From: an uncultured cyanobacterium
Lineage (GTDB): Bacteria; Cyanobacteriota; Cyanobacteriia; CAKZMO01
Direction: 5' to 3'
NCBI GenBank assembly: GCA_963719515.1
Contig: CAVRCJ010000011.1
Location: 64,001-128,000 of the forward strand
DNA length: 64,000 bases
The position numbers and the translations under genes are program-made. This document shows, piece by piece, positions 47,528 through 57,237 of the stretch (position 1 is the first letter of the stretch; every line of letters starts with the position of its first letter). The notes under the pieces are model-generated. The model made no database searches. It was given only the letters and a program-made list of their open reading frames with translations, and was not told where the DNA came from.

Positions 47528-50500
47528 GCCAAACCGCAATATCTACACCCCTGGAGGCACGGTGCAGGCAGGGCAGGGCATCTATTTAGAGCGGCAGGCC
47601 GACGCGCAGCTGCTGCAGCTTTGCCAGGAGGGGGTGTTTGCCTATGTGCTGACTTCGCGGCAGATGGGCAAGTCGAGCCTGATGGTGCATACGGCGCGGC
47701 GGCTGGCGACCGAAGGGGTGGTGACCCTAATTGTGGACCTGACGGATGTGGGGGTGCAGGATGTGACGGCGGATGCCTGGTATCGGGGCTTTTTGCTGGA
47801 GATTGAGGCGAAGCTGGAGTCGCAGGAGCGGTTTTTGGATACCGATGTGTATGCCTGGTGGGAGGCGCACCACTATTTGACGGTGTCGCAAAAGCTGTCG
47901 CGGTTTTTCCGCCATGTGCTGCTGGAGGAGGTGGAGGGGCCGGTGGTGGTGTTTGTGGATGAGATTGACACGACCTTGAGCCTGGATTTTACGGACGACT
48001 TTTTTATTACGATTCGCTCGTTTTATACGGCGAGGGCGCAGGATGCGGCGTTTCAGCGGCTGTCGTTTGTGCTGATTGGGGTAGCGACGCCGGGGGATTT
48101 GATTGTGGACTCGAAGCGAACGCCGTTTAATATTGGCCAGCGGGTGGAGCTGACGGATTTTGGCTATGGGGAGGCGCTGCCGCTGGCGGCGGGGCTAGCG
48201 CTGGGGGGGACGGCTCTGGCTGGAGACGGGCCTGGAGGGACAAGCGCAGCGGGGCGGGAGCGGGAGGTTTTTGAGCGGGTGCTGCACTGGACGGGGGGGC
48301 ATCCGTATTTGACGCAGCGGTTGTGCATTGAGCTGGCGCGGTATGGAGGTGGGGGTGAGCCGACTGGTCTTACCCCCCTTAGTCCCCCCTTAGAAGGTGT
48401 GATAGAGCCTACACAAGCTGGTTTTACCCCCTCTAACTCCCCCTTAGAAGGTGTGATAGAGCCTACACAAGCTGGTTTTACCCCCTCTAACTCCCCCTTG
48501 CTAAGGGGGAGAACTGGAGGCTTCCGCGCAGCGCGTCCGCAGGATGCAGGGGAGTTAGAGGGGGTGAACCCGAACGCTGAACTCTCGGCCAAAACCGTTG
48601 ACCAAGTTGTCAGCCGCACCTTCTTTGGTGAGAAGAGCGAGCAGGACAACAATCTGCAGTTTGTGCGGGATATGCTGACTACTCGATCGCCTAACGTGCT
48701 GGAGGGGCTGGCGATTTACCGGGCGGTTTGGCGGGGGCGGCGGCCCGTGGTGGATGAGGAGCAGTCGATTGTTAAGTCGCATTTGAAGCTGTCGGGGGGG
48801 GTGAAGCGGCAGGGGCAGCGGCTGGTGGTGCGCAATGAGATTTACCGGCGGGTGTTTGATGGGCGGTGGGTGCGGGAGCATTGGCCGGAGGGGGTGTGGG
48901 AGCGGCTGAGGCCGGCGATGCCGTTGATTGCGGGGCTGACGGTGGTGGCGCTGGGGATGAGCGGGCTGGCGGCCTATGCAGTGGGGCAGCGGAACCGGGC
49001 AGAGCAGCAGACGGCACTTTTAGAAGAGGCACTACTGCGGGAAGAAGAGCAGCGGGAGTTTGCCTTGAATAAGGCAGAAGAGGCCGAGGCAAATGCGAAA
49101 CAAGCCAGGCAGAACGAAGCAGAGGCGACGCGGCAATCAACGCGGGCTGAGAAAAATTTGAAAGACGCCCAACTGGCTCAGCAGCAGGCGGAAGCGGCGA
49201 AGCTGGCGGAGCAGGGGCAGCGGCAAGAGGCTGAAACACAAACGGCTATTGCGCAAGAACAAACCACAATTGCGCAGGAGCAAACCGTTTTGGCAGAGCA
49301 GCGGCTTGAGGAAGCAGATTCTGCAACGCTCTTGGCAAAGCAACGGTTGAGTGAAGCCGATGCGGCGAAGCTGCAGGCTGAACAAGAAAGCCGCATTTCG
49401 CTGGCGCGGCAGCTTGCGGCACAATCAGAATACTCGCGACGTCAGCGACTTGATCTGTTCCCTCGAAGCATCTTGCTGGCAGTCGAATCGATGAAGCGGC
49501 TGATGGACTCATCCACATCCACCGCAGACACCCACCAAGCGCTCCATAGCCTAAAAACCTTGCCCCCCAAAGCATCCCGCATTGCCCATGAGGGGGCTGT
49601 CTATGACGTGCGGTTTAGCCCCGACGGGCGCTACCTGGCAACCGGCAGTAGGGACAATACGGCGCGGGTGTGGGACGTTGCGGCAAACCAAGAGGTGGCC
49701 CGCATTGCCCATGAGGGGTGGGTCGTTGACGTGCGGTTTAGCCCCGACGGGCGCTACCTGGCAACCGGCAGTGAAGACGGTACGGCGCGGGTGTGGGACG
49801 TTGTGGCAAACCAAGAGGTGGCCCGCATTGCCCATGAGGGGTCGGTCGTTGACGTGCGCTTTAGCCCCGACGGGCGCTACCTGGCAACCGGCAGTGAAGA
49901 CGGTACGGCGCGGGTGTGGGACGTTACGGCAAACCAAGAGGTGGCCCGCATTGCCCATGAGGGGTGGGTCGTTGACGTGCGGTTTAGCCCCGACGGGCGC
50001 TACCTGGCAACCGGCAGTTTGGACAATACGGCGCGGGTGTGGGACGTTGCGGCAAACCAAGAGGTGGCCCGCATTGCCCATGAGGGGTCGGTCTATGACG
50101 TGCGGTTTAGCCCCGACGGGCGCTACCTGGCAACCGGCAGTGAAGACGGTACGGCGCGGGTGTGGGACGTTGTGGCAAACCAAGAGGTGGCCCGCATTGC
50201 CCATGAGGGGTGGGTCGTTGACGTGCGCTTTAGCCCCGACGGGCGCTACCTGGCAACCGGCAGTGAAGACGGTACGGCGCGGGTGTGGGACGTTGCGGCA
50301 AACCAAGAGGTGGCCCGCATTGCCGAGGGGTCTGTCGTTGACGTGCGGTTTAGCCCCGACGGGCGCTACCTGGCAACCGGCAGTAGGGACAATACGGCGC
50401 GGGTGTGGGACGTTGCGGCAAACCAAGAGGTGGCCCGCATTGCCCATGAGGGGTGGGTCGTTGACGTGCGGTTTAGCCCCGACGGGCGCTACCTGGCAAC

Positions 50501-51800
50501 CGGCAGTTTGGACAATACGGCGCGGGTGTGGGACGTTGCGGCAAACCAAGAGGTGGCCCGCATTGCCCATGAGGGGTCGGTCGTTGACGTGCGCTTTAGT
50601 CCCGACGGGCGCTACCTGGCAACCGGCAGTAGGGACAGCACCGCCCGGGTGTGGGACATTGCGGCAAACCCAGAAGTCGCCCGCATTGCCCATGAGGGGT
50701 ATGTCGAAGACGTGCGCTTTAGCCCTGACGGGCGCTACCTGGCAACCGGCAGTAGGGACAATACGGCGCGGGTGTGGGACGTTGCGGCAAACCAAGAGGT
50801 GGCCCGCATTGCCCATGAGGGGTGGGTCGTTGACGTGCGGTTTAGCCCCGACGGGCGCTACCTGGCAACCGGCAGTTTGGACAATACGGCGCGGGTGTGG
50901 GACGTTGCGGCAAACCAAGAGGTGGCCCGCATTGCCCATGAGGGGTCGGTCTATGACGTGCGGTTTAGCCCCGACGGGCGCTACCTGGCAACCGGCAGTA
51001 GTGACAATACGGCGCGGGTGTGGGACATCGCGGCAAACCAAGAGGTGGCCCGCATTGCCCATGAGGGGTGGGTCGTTGACGTGCGGTTTAGCCCCGACGG
51101 GCGCTACCTGGCAACCGGCAGTAGTGACAATACGGCGCGGGTGTGGGACATCGCGGCAAACCAAGAAGTCGCCCGCATTGCCCATGAGGGGTATGTCCTT
51201 GACGTGCGGTTTAGCCCCGACGGGCGCTACCTGGCAACCGGCAGTTTGGACAATACGGCGCGGGGGTGGGACGTTGCGGCAAACCAAGAGGTGGCCCGCA
51301 TTGCCCATGAGGGGTCGGTCTATGACGTGCGCTTTAGCCCTGACGGGCGCTACCTGGCAACCGGCAGTGAGGACAACACGGCGCGGGTGTGGGACGTTGC
51401 GGCAAACCAAGAGGTGGCCCGCATTGCCCATGAGGGGAATGTCCGTGACGTGCGCTTTAGCCCCGACGGGCGCTACCTGGCAACCGGCAGTTGGGACAGC
51501 ACGGCGCGGGTGTGGGACGTTGCGGCAAACCAAGAGGTGGCCCGCATTCCGCATGATGAGAGCGTAGGAAGCGTGCAGTTTCACCCCACAAAACCCTACC
51601 TGCTCACCCGCAGCGGCAACGTCGCCGAAGTCTGGATGCTCGACCCCAACGACCTGATGGCCGAAGCCTGCCGCCGCCTCACTCGCAACCTCACCCTTGA
51701 CGAATGGCGACAGTACCTCGGCGACGAACCCTACGAGGCCACCTGCCCCGACCTCCCCCGCCTCGATCGCGAAACTGAAGCCCCAACCGCAAGTCGCTGA
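47520..51800 (+). CDS. AAA_35-type NTPase - TM - coiled coil - WD40 repeat protein
   Basis: GTG 47520 overlaps the upstream stop. Y.PGG.V, TSRQMGKSS, VFVDEID, RTPFNIG, WTGGHPYLTQRLC; one TM (LIAGLTVVALGMSGLAAYAV); E/Q/A-rich coil; 17 WD40 units; tail C..L.RNLT..EW..Y. Confidence 0.92.
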   Translation: MGKPNRNIYTPGGTVQAGQGIYLERQADAQLLQLCQEGVFAYVLTSRQMGKSSLMVHTARRLATEGVVTLIVDLTDVGVQDVTADAWYRGFLLEIEAKLESQERFLDTDVYAWWEAHHYLTVSQKLSRFFRHVLLEEVEGPVVVFVDEIDTTLSLDFTDDFFITIRSFYTARAQDAAFQRLSFVLIGVATPGDLIVDSKRTPFNIGQRVELTDFGYGEALPLAAGLALGGTALAGDGPGGTSAAGREREVFERVLHWTGGHPYLTQRLCIELARYGGGGEPTGLTPLSPPLEGVIEPTQAGFTPSNSPLEGVIEPTQAGFTPSNSPLLRGRTGGFRAARPQDAGELEGVNPNAELSAKTVDQVVSRTFFGEKSEQDNNLQFVRDMLTTRSPNVLEGLAIYRAVWRGRRPVVDEEQSIVKSHLKLSGGVKRQGQRLVVRNEIYRRVFDGRWVREHWPEGVWERLRPAMPLIAGLTVVALGMSGLAAYAVGQRNRAEQQTALLEEALLREEEQREFALNKAEEAEANAKQARQNEAEATRQSTRAEKNLKDAQLAQQQAEAAKLAEQGQRQEAETQTAIAQEQTTIAQEQTVLAEQRLEEADSATLLAKQRLSEADAAKLQAEQESRISLARQLAAQSEYSRRQRLDLFPRSILLAVESMKRLMDSSTSTADTHQALHSLKTLPPKASRIAHEGAVYDVRFSPDGRYLATGSRDNTARVWDVAANQEVARIAHEGWVVDVRFSPDGRYLATGSEDGTARVWDVVANQEVARIAHEGSVVDVRFSPDGRYLATGSEDGTARVWDVTANQEVARIAHEGWVVDVRFSPDGRYLATGSLDNTARVWDVAANQEVARIAHEGSVYDVRFSPDGRYLATGSEDGTARVWDVVANQEVARIAHEGWVVDVRFSPDGRYLATGSEDGTARVWDVAANQEVARIAEGSVVDVRFSPDGRYLATGSRDNTARVWDVAANQEVARIAHEGWVVDVRFSPDGRYLATGSLDNTARVWDVAANQEVARIAHEGSVVDVRFSPDGRYLATGSRDSTARVWDIAANPEVARIAHEGYVEDVRFSPDGRYLATGSRDNTARVWDVAANQEVARIAHEGWVVDVRFSPDGRYLATGSLDNTARVWDVAANQEVARIAHEGSVYDVRFSPDGRYLATGSSDNTARVWDIAANQEVARIAHEGWVVDVRFSPDGRYLATGSSDNTARVWDIAANQEVARIAHEGYVLDVRFSPDGRYLATGSLDNTARGWDVAANQEVARIAHEGSVYDVRFSPDGRYLATGSEDNTARVWDVAANQEVARIAHEGNVRDVRFSPDGRYLATGSWDSTARVWDVAANQEVARIPHDESVGSVQFHPTKPYLLTRSGNVAEVWMLDPNDLMAEACRRLTRNLTLDEWRQYLGDEPYEATCPDLPRLDRETEAPTASR
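48376..48566. repeat. In-frame repeat insertion: 54-bp tandem duplication plus inverted repeat
   Basis: CCCCTTAGAAGGTGTGATAGAGCCTACACAAGCTGGTTTTACCCCCTCTAACTC twice; ACCCCCTCTAACTCCCC pairs with GGGGAGTTAGAGGGGGT. Confidence 0.8.
49578..51542 (+). repeat. 16 near-identical 123-bp WD40-coding repeats (unit 7 lacks one codon); a divergent 17th unit follows
   Basis: Consensus RIAHEGxVxDVRFSPDGRYLATGSxDxTARVWDVAANQEVA. Confidence 0.97.
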
Positions 51801-52166
51801 GCTATGGACGGAACCATTGGCCCACCGTACCGCCAATAGACTGTCTCATCCCGCATCACGCTGATTGGCTACGCTTCGCGATCGCCCGCAGCTCAAGCGC
51901 GGGCTATTGAACGCCGTCCGCTCAAGCGGACTCCTGAGGGGAGGTCGATGCTCAGAATTTGGGCCAGAAGGTGCTTCAACCCACTTGAGTGGGTGTTTTC
52001 AGCTAGCCCACGATTTGTCTGCGGGTGGAGGTGAACGCACAGCCAAGCTGCTCATGAAAGGCCCACCCCCTATTTCCCAGCAGCGTCTTTATAGTCGTGG
52101 GTGCCCTAACAGAACGCGATCGCCAAGGGCAGGGCGCGACAGCAACGCCCCACCCTCTAGCCCGTT

Positions 52167-52406
52167 TTACTCCTCAACAGCAGGCGGCGCTGGCGGCAAG
52201 ATCTTCGTCAACACCCGCATCACCTTCCCCGACCCTGCAGGCTGCGGATCGCTCCAGTCCCCCGCATCCGCATAGCCCAGCTGGTGCAACCGGTGACGAC
52301 AGGTATTCACCGCCCGCAGCGAGCCGATCGCCATCAGCAGCAGCGCATCCTCCTCCGGCAAAAACTCCGAGAAGTTGATCGGGCTGCAGTTCGCTTCATG
52401 TGTCAT
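52167..52406 (-). CDS. Small hypothetical protein, 'HQLGYA..WS.P' family, copy 2
   Basis: AGGAG RBS; LLLMAIGS..AV....HRLHQLGYADAGDWSDPQPA...VMRVLTK. Confidence 0.78.
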   Translation of the reverse strand: MTHEANCSPINFSEFLPEEDALLLMAIGSLRAVNTCRHRLHQLGYADAGDWSDPQPAGSGKVMRVLTKILPPAPPAVEE

Positions 52407-52444
52407 GGATGTCTCCTAGATAATAGAGGAGAGCGCCAAACAAA

Positions 52445-52563
52445 GCAGCCGCCCCACGCCATGACAAAGCGGGGCGGCTACTCTAAAATCTTGAGAGCCT
52501 CCGCGCTGGTTTGTTCAGCGTTCCGGGGTTAGTCTCCTGGCGGTGTTGGTAGCACTTCCAGGG
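52445..52563 (-). ncRNA. Putative structured leader RNA, copy 2
   Basis: Stems CCTGG/CCAGG with inner GTG/CAC, CGCTG/CAGCG and AGCCGCCCC/GGGGCGGCT. Homologous to 2971-3112. Confidence 0.6.
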
Positions 52564-52916
52564 GACGCTAGGTTTTAAGGCCGATCTCTTGAGGCGTTCT
52601 CCTCGGTGGTTATAGAACAAATGGACCCAATTGCGTCCATGGGTTGGCAGTGTAGCGGGTTTTAGGCACAAACACAACCATAATTAAAGAGTTTTTTAGG
52701 GCCGCGATCGCTCCCCTAAGCGCACAAACCATAAATGCTATGCTAGACAAAATTAACGCCCCTGCTTCCCGGTCCTGTGTTTTACACCCCCCTTCCCTAG
52801 GCTAGATGCAGTTCATTCAACCCAACCCCGATGCTCCGACCAGCCGCAATCGCATCCCTTAAGAGTTTGGAGAACTGCTAGCAACCTATTCGTTTAGTTG
52901 CCGCGTCTAACCGCCT

Positions 52917-54899
52917 ATGGATAACTCCTTTGAAATTACGCTGCAGATGGTGCTGGTTACCCTCTCGGGAATCACCGCCCAGGTTTTAGGAGACTACCTC
53001 AAGCTCCCCAGCATTGTTTTCCTTCTTATGTTCGGCATCCTGCTGGGCTCAGACGGCCTCGCCCTGCTTCACCCTAGCGTGCTGGGGGTGGGGCTAGAAG
53101 TGATTGTGGCCCTCTCCGTCGCGCTGATCCTCTTTGAGGGCGGGCTCAACCTAGAGCTGCGGGATTTGGGACGCGTTTCCGGCAGCCTGCAAAACCTCGT
53201 CACCTTTGGCACCCTCATCACCCTCATCGGGGGCGGCATGGCGGCCCACTGGTTCAGCGAGTTTCCCTGGACCCTAGCCTTTTTATACGCGTCGCTGGTG
53301 GTGGTCACCGGCCCCACCGTAATTACGCCCCTGCTGAAACAGGTGCAGGTGGAGCGGCGGGTGGCCGCCATATTAGAAGGTGAGGGGGTCTTAGTAGACC
53401 CCGTGGGAGCCATCCTGGCCGTCGTCGTTCTCGACGTGATCTTGAACGGCGACGCCGATCCGCTCATGGTGGTCAGCGGCCTGCTGCTGCGCCTCGGCAT
53501 CGGCGGCGCGATTGGGGCCGTGGGGGGCTGGCTGCTGGGGCTGTTTTTGAAGCGGGCCGACTTTTTATCAGAAGACTCCAAAAACCTCGTCGTGCTGGCG
53601 GGAGTGTGGGGGCTGTTTGGCCTAGCCCAGGTGGTGCGCAGCGAGTCGGGGCTGATGACTGTGGTGATTGCGGGCATCGTGCTCCGCGCCTCGTCGCTGC
53701 CCGAAGAGAGACTGCTGCTGCGGTTTAAAGGGCAGCTGACGGTGCTGGCGGTGTCGGTGCTGTTTATTTTGCTGTCCGCAGACCTCTCAATTGCCAGCCT
53801 GTTTGCCCTGGGGTGGGGGGCGATGGCGACGGTGCTGACGCTGATGTTCGTCGTGCGCCCCATCAATATTTGGGTCTGCACCTGGAATAGCGACCTCAAC
53901 TGGCGGCAAAAGCTCTTTTTGGCCTGGGTCGCCCCCAAGGGCATCGTCTCGGCCTCGGTGGCCTCCCTATTTGCCCTGTTGCTCACCGACCGGGGCATCA
54001 GCGGCGGCGACGCCATCAAAGCGCTGGTATTTTTGACCATCATCACCACCGTTGCGGCCCAGGGCCTGACGGCGGGCTGGGTAGCCCGGTGGCTGGGCAT
54101 CACCTCCACCCAGGCCACGGGCGCTGTCATTGTGGGCTGCAACCCCATGAGCAAGCTCATTGCCCGCCTGTTCCAGGACCGAGGCGAGACGATTGTCTTG
54201 ATTGACACTGACGAGGAGGCCTGCATCCAGGCCGAGAAAGAGGGGCTCACCGCCATCGCCAGCAGTGCCCTAGAAGTAGAGGTTCTGGAGAAAGCGGGTC
54301 TCGACACGGCGGGGACGTTTTTGGCAATGACCAACAACAGCGAGGTCAACGCCGTTTTGGCCGGGCGGGCAATCGAAGAATTCAAGCCGCCTCGGGTGCT
54401 GGCGGTCACCACAGGAGACCTGAAGACCGATTTAGAGCTGGTGGAAGACAGCAGCGGCAAGCCGCCCAAGCCACCCGCCGCCAAAGTTCAGCAGGCCTTC
54501 GTGCAAAAGCTGCCCCTCAAGGCTTGGAACGGCTACCTGCAAGAGGGGGCCATCAAGCTAGGGGAAACCACCCTCAAGGAGCCCGGCTTCTTGTTCCAGC
54601 AGGCCCACCTCAAAGCGCTAACGCGGGCGGGTGAGCTGGTGCCCATCATGGTAGAGCGCGACAAGCGTCTGCAGGTCGTGCGCGCCCAAGAAGACTGGCA
54701 GTCAGGCGATCGCATCTTTTATCTCCTTCATGATCCCCGACCGAAGCTGCTGCGGCGGCTCTCAGGGGGCTCCACCCCTTCCCGGCTGGCCGTCGAGAAG
54801 CTACCCGCCGTCGAGGAAATTCCTATTCCCAAACCCGCCGGCCTAGAGGGCGACGCGACCCTACTGCCCCTGCCGCCCCAGGCGCAGCAAACCACGTAG
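52917..54899 (+). CDS. NhaP/CPA1-type Na+(K+)/H+ antiporter with TrkA-N domain
   Basis: ILFEGGL, VTGPTV, LEGEGVLVDPVGA, APKGIVSA. Confidence 0.92.
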   Translation: MDNSFEITLQMVLVTLSGITAQVLGDYLKLPSIVFLLMFGILLGSDGLALLHPSVLGVGLEVIVALSVALILFEGGLNLELRDLGRVSGSLQNLVTFGTLITLIGGGMAAHWFSEFPWTLAFLYASLVVVTGPTVITPLLKQVQVERRVAAILEGEGVLVDPVGAILAVVVLDVILNGDADPLMVVSGLLLRLGIGGAIGAVGGWLLGLFLKRADFLSEDSKNLVVLAGVWGLFGLAQVVRSESGLMTVVIAGIVLRASSLPEERLLLRFKGQLTVLAVSVLFILLSADLSIASLFALGWGAMATVLTLMFVVRPINIWVCTWNSDLNWRQKLFLAWVAPKGIVSASVASLFALLLTDRGISGGDAIKALVFLTIITTVAAQGLTAGWVARWLGITSTQATGAVIVGCNPMSKLIARLFQDRGETIVLIDTDEEACIQAEKEGLTAIASSALEVEVLEKAGLDTAGTFLAMTNNSEVNAVLAGRAIEEFKPPRVLAVTTGDLKTDLELVEDSSGKPPKPPAAKVQQAFVQKLPLKAWNGYLQEGAIKLGETTLKEPGFLFQQAHLKALTRAGELVPIMVERDKRLQVVRAQEDWQSGDRIFYLLHDPRPKLLRRLSGGSTPSRLAVEKLPAVEEIPIPKPAGLEGDATLLPLPPQAQQTT

Positions 54900-54924
54900 C
54901 CTCAGCGCTGGCCCAAATGGAAAC

Positions 54925-54969
54925 CCCACCGCGCCGCCTAGACCCCACCGCGGCGCGGTGGGTTTTTTT
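54925..54969 (+). terminator. Intrinsic terminator
   Basis: CCCACCGCGCCGC...GCGGCGCGGTGGG followed by T7. Confidence 0.85.
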
Positions 54970-55235
54970 GTCGGCAATGTTGTATTACTTAACACGTCTG
55001 GCTTCGGGACGACAACCCTAAAGAAAACCCTAAAGCTTTGGTGGGACTGGGAAACCATCACTACAGTGGAGAAGGTAGAGGCCTAGCTCTACAACGGCCC
55101 TCAAGAAGTAGCGGCTCCGCCCTTGGATCGGTTTTGTTACTCGCGGCATTCTGACACCGCTGAGCCCATCCGCCCCAGGCCCAACCCCCAAAAGGCCCGC
55201 TTCAACCGACCCAACATCTGTCTCAAGAGGTCTTC

Positions 55236-56198
55236 ATGGCTAATTTTGCTCAGTGGCCGACCCATCGCTCCGGCCAGACGACAGCGGCTAGCCCAAAGCC
55301 CCCTAACCCGGCGGCAGTCCAGCAAATTCGTCGCCTGGTGTGGAAGATGGCGATCGCCACCTTTATTTTGATGGCCATTGGCAGCGCGACCCGCGTGATG
55401 AATGCTGGATTGGCCTGCCCCGATTGGCCCCTGTGCTACGGCACCTTGATCCCCACCCAGCAGATGAACCTGCAGGTATTTTTGGAGTGGATTCACCGCC
55501 TAGACGCTTCCCTCATCGGCCTGATGGCGATCGCCCTGGTGGGGCTGTCCTGGCGACAGCGGGCCGGGGTTCCCCAGTGGCTCCCCTGGGCCTCGGTGCT
55601 GGCGCTGGCGCTGGTGCTGGTTCAAGGTCTGCTGGGCGGCCTGACGGTTACCGAGCTGCTGCGCTTTGATATCGTCACGGCCCACCTGGGGACGGCGCTG
55701 CTGTTTTTCGTCACCCTGCTGACCATTGGGGTGCTGCTGATGCCTGCGTCCGAGACCCCAGCCCCGTCGTCCCGTCGTCTGGGAATTCTCAGCCTCCTCG
55801 CCGCCGCCCTGATTTACCTGCAGAGCCTCTCCGGCGGCTTAGTGGGCTCCCAGTGGGCGCTGCACCAGTGTCTGCAGCTCACCCAGCTGTGCTCGGTGGT
55901 CAATCTCCACCTGCTGGGGGTGATTCCCGCCAGCCTCGCCATCGGGGCGGTGGTGTTCTTCGGGTGGCGATCGCCCCAGGTCAAGCCCCTCGCTCAGACT
56001 GCCGGCGGGCTGCTGCTGGCGCAAATTTTTCTGGGCACCGCCACCTTTCGGCTGCACCTCCAGGTTGAGCTATTGACCATCAGCCACCAGGTGGTGGCGG
56101 CGGCGCTTCTCGGCAGCCTGGTGTGCATCGCGGCCCACAGCCTGCGATCGGCTCGCCGCCTAGACACCCCTCAAACCGATGGCCTAGCGAGCGCCTAA
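55236..56198 (+). CDS. ctaA: Heme A synthase (COX15/CtaA)
   Basis: GSATRVMNAGLACPDWPLC, EWIHR, VTAHL, ISHQ. Confidence 0.93.
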   Translation: MANFAQWPTHRSGQTTAASPKPPNPAAVQQIRRLVWKMAIATFILMAIGSATRVMNAGLACPDWPLCYGTLIPTQQMNLQVFLEWIHRLDASLIGLMAIALVGLSWRQRAGVPQWLPWASVLALALVLVQGLLGGLTVTELLRFDIVTAHLGTALLFFVTLLTIGVLLMPASETPAPSSRRLGILSLLAAALIYLQSLSGGLVGSQWALHQCLQLTQLCSVVNLHLLGVIPASLAIGAVVFFGWRSPQVKPLAQTAGGLLLAQIFLGTATFRLHLQVELLTISHQVVAAALLGSLVCIAAHSLRSARRLDTPQTDGLASA

Positions 56199-56245
56199 GT
56201 TTTTCCCTCTATCCCGCTGAATTACCCTAAACGACGCCAATTTTT

Positions 56246-57214
56246 ATGCAAAACGTTGCGACTCCTATCCGCCACCACCAAAATCTCTGGCAGCTCCTGC
56301 AGAGCTATTGGCAGCTCACCAAGCCGCGCATCATTCTGCTGCTGCTGATCACCACCGCTGGCAGCATGTGGATTGCGGCCTCCGGAGAAGTTGACCCCGT
56401 TTTACTCCTCTCCACCATTACCGGCGGAGCCCTAGCGGCGGCCTCGGCCAACACCATCAACTGCCTGTACGACCGCGACATCGACTACGACATGGAGCGC
56501 ACCCGCCACCGCCCTCTGCCCTCAGGCCGGGTGCAGCCCAAAGACGCCCTCCTGTTTGCCATCACCCTGGCCCTCCTCTCTTTTGGCCTGATCACGGCGA
56601 CCTCCAACCTGCTCAGCGCCCTGCTGGCCATGTCGGGAATCGTCACCTACGTCCTCGTCTACACCCATTGGCTCAAGCGCCACAATAGCCAAAACATCGT
56701 CATTGGCGGTGCGGCGGGCGCAATTCCGCCTTTGGTGGGCTGGGCAGCGGTAACCGGTGAACTGAGCTGGCCCGCCTGGATTTTGTTCGCCATCGTCTTT
56801 GTCTGGACCCCGCCCCACTTTTGGGCGCTGGCCATGATGATTCGTGAGGACTACGCCAAAGTCGGCGTCCCCATGCTGCCTGTGGTGAAAGGAGAAGCGG
56901 TCACCGCAAAGCAGATTCTCATCTACACGGTGCTGCTGCTGCCGACTACGCTGCTGCTGGTGTACCCGTTTGGCGTCTTGGGCATCGTTTATGCCATCAG
57001 CGCCCTCTACCTGGGCGGCGTCTTTATTGCCAAGTCCTGGGCGCTGCTGCAAAGCCCCTGCGACTTGGGCCTAGCGCGATCGCTGTTCAAGTACTCCATT
57101 GTCTACATGATGGTGCTCAGCGCCGCCATGGCCCTAGACAGCCTGCCGGTAACCCGTGATTTGGTGGCGCAGCTCAGCGCCCACATGGGCAGCTACCTCT
57201 CAGCGGTGCTCTAA
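56246..57214 (+). CDS. ctaB: Heme O synthase (protoheme IX farnesyltransferase)
   Basis: [35 protein letters not shown]. Confidence 0.95.
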   Translation: MQNVATPIRHHQNLWQLLQSYWQLTKPRIILLLLITTAGSMWIAASGEVDPVLLLSTITGGALAAASANTINCLYDRDIDYDMERTRHRPLPSGRVQPKDALLFAITLALLSFGLITATSNLLSALLAMSGIVTYVLVYTHWLKRHNSQNIVIGGAAGAIPPLVGWAAVTGELSWPAWILFAIVFVWTPPHFWALAMMIREDYAKVGVPMLPVVKGEAVTAKQILIYTVLLLPTTLLLVYPFGVLGIVYAISALYLGGVFIAKSWALLQSPCDLGLARSLFKYSIVYMMVLSAAMALDSLPVTRDLVAQLSAHMGSYLSAVL

Positions 57215-57237
57215 CCCAGAAGCAATCCCCCACGGCC

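Noticed and set aside
49578..51542. Diversity-generating retroelement as the source of WD40 variation
   Set aside because: No reverse transcriptase or template repeat in the window, and a small allele set recurs, which fits recombination better than adenine mutagenesis.
49551..51836. Long ORFs 49551-51836 (-) and 49582-51567 (+, alternative frame)
   Set aside because: Shadow frames kept open because one stop-free 123-bp unit is repeated; the WD40 frame explains the region.
53069..54484. 471-aa minus-strand ORF, and similar antisense ORFs such as 39003-39806 and 26426-27091
   Set aside because: Antisense shadows of well-supported genes in GC-rich DNA.
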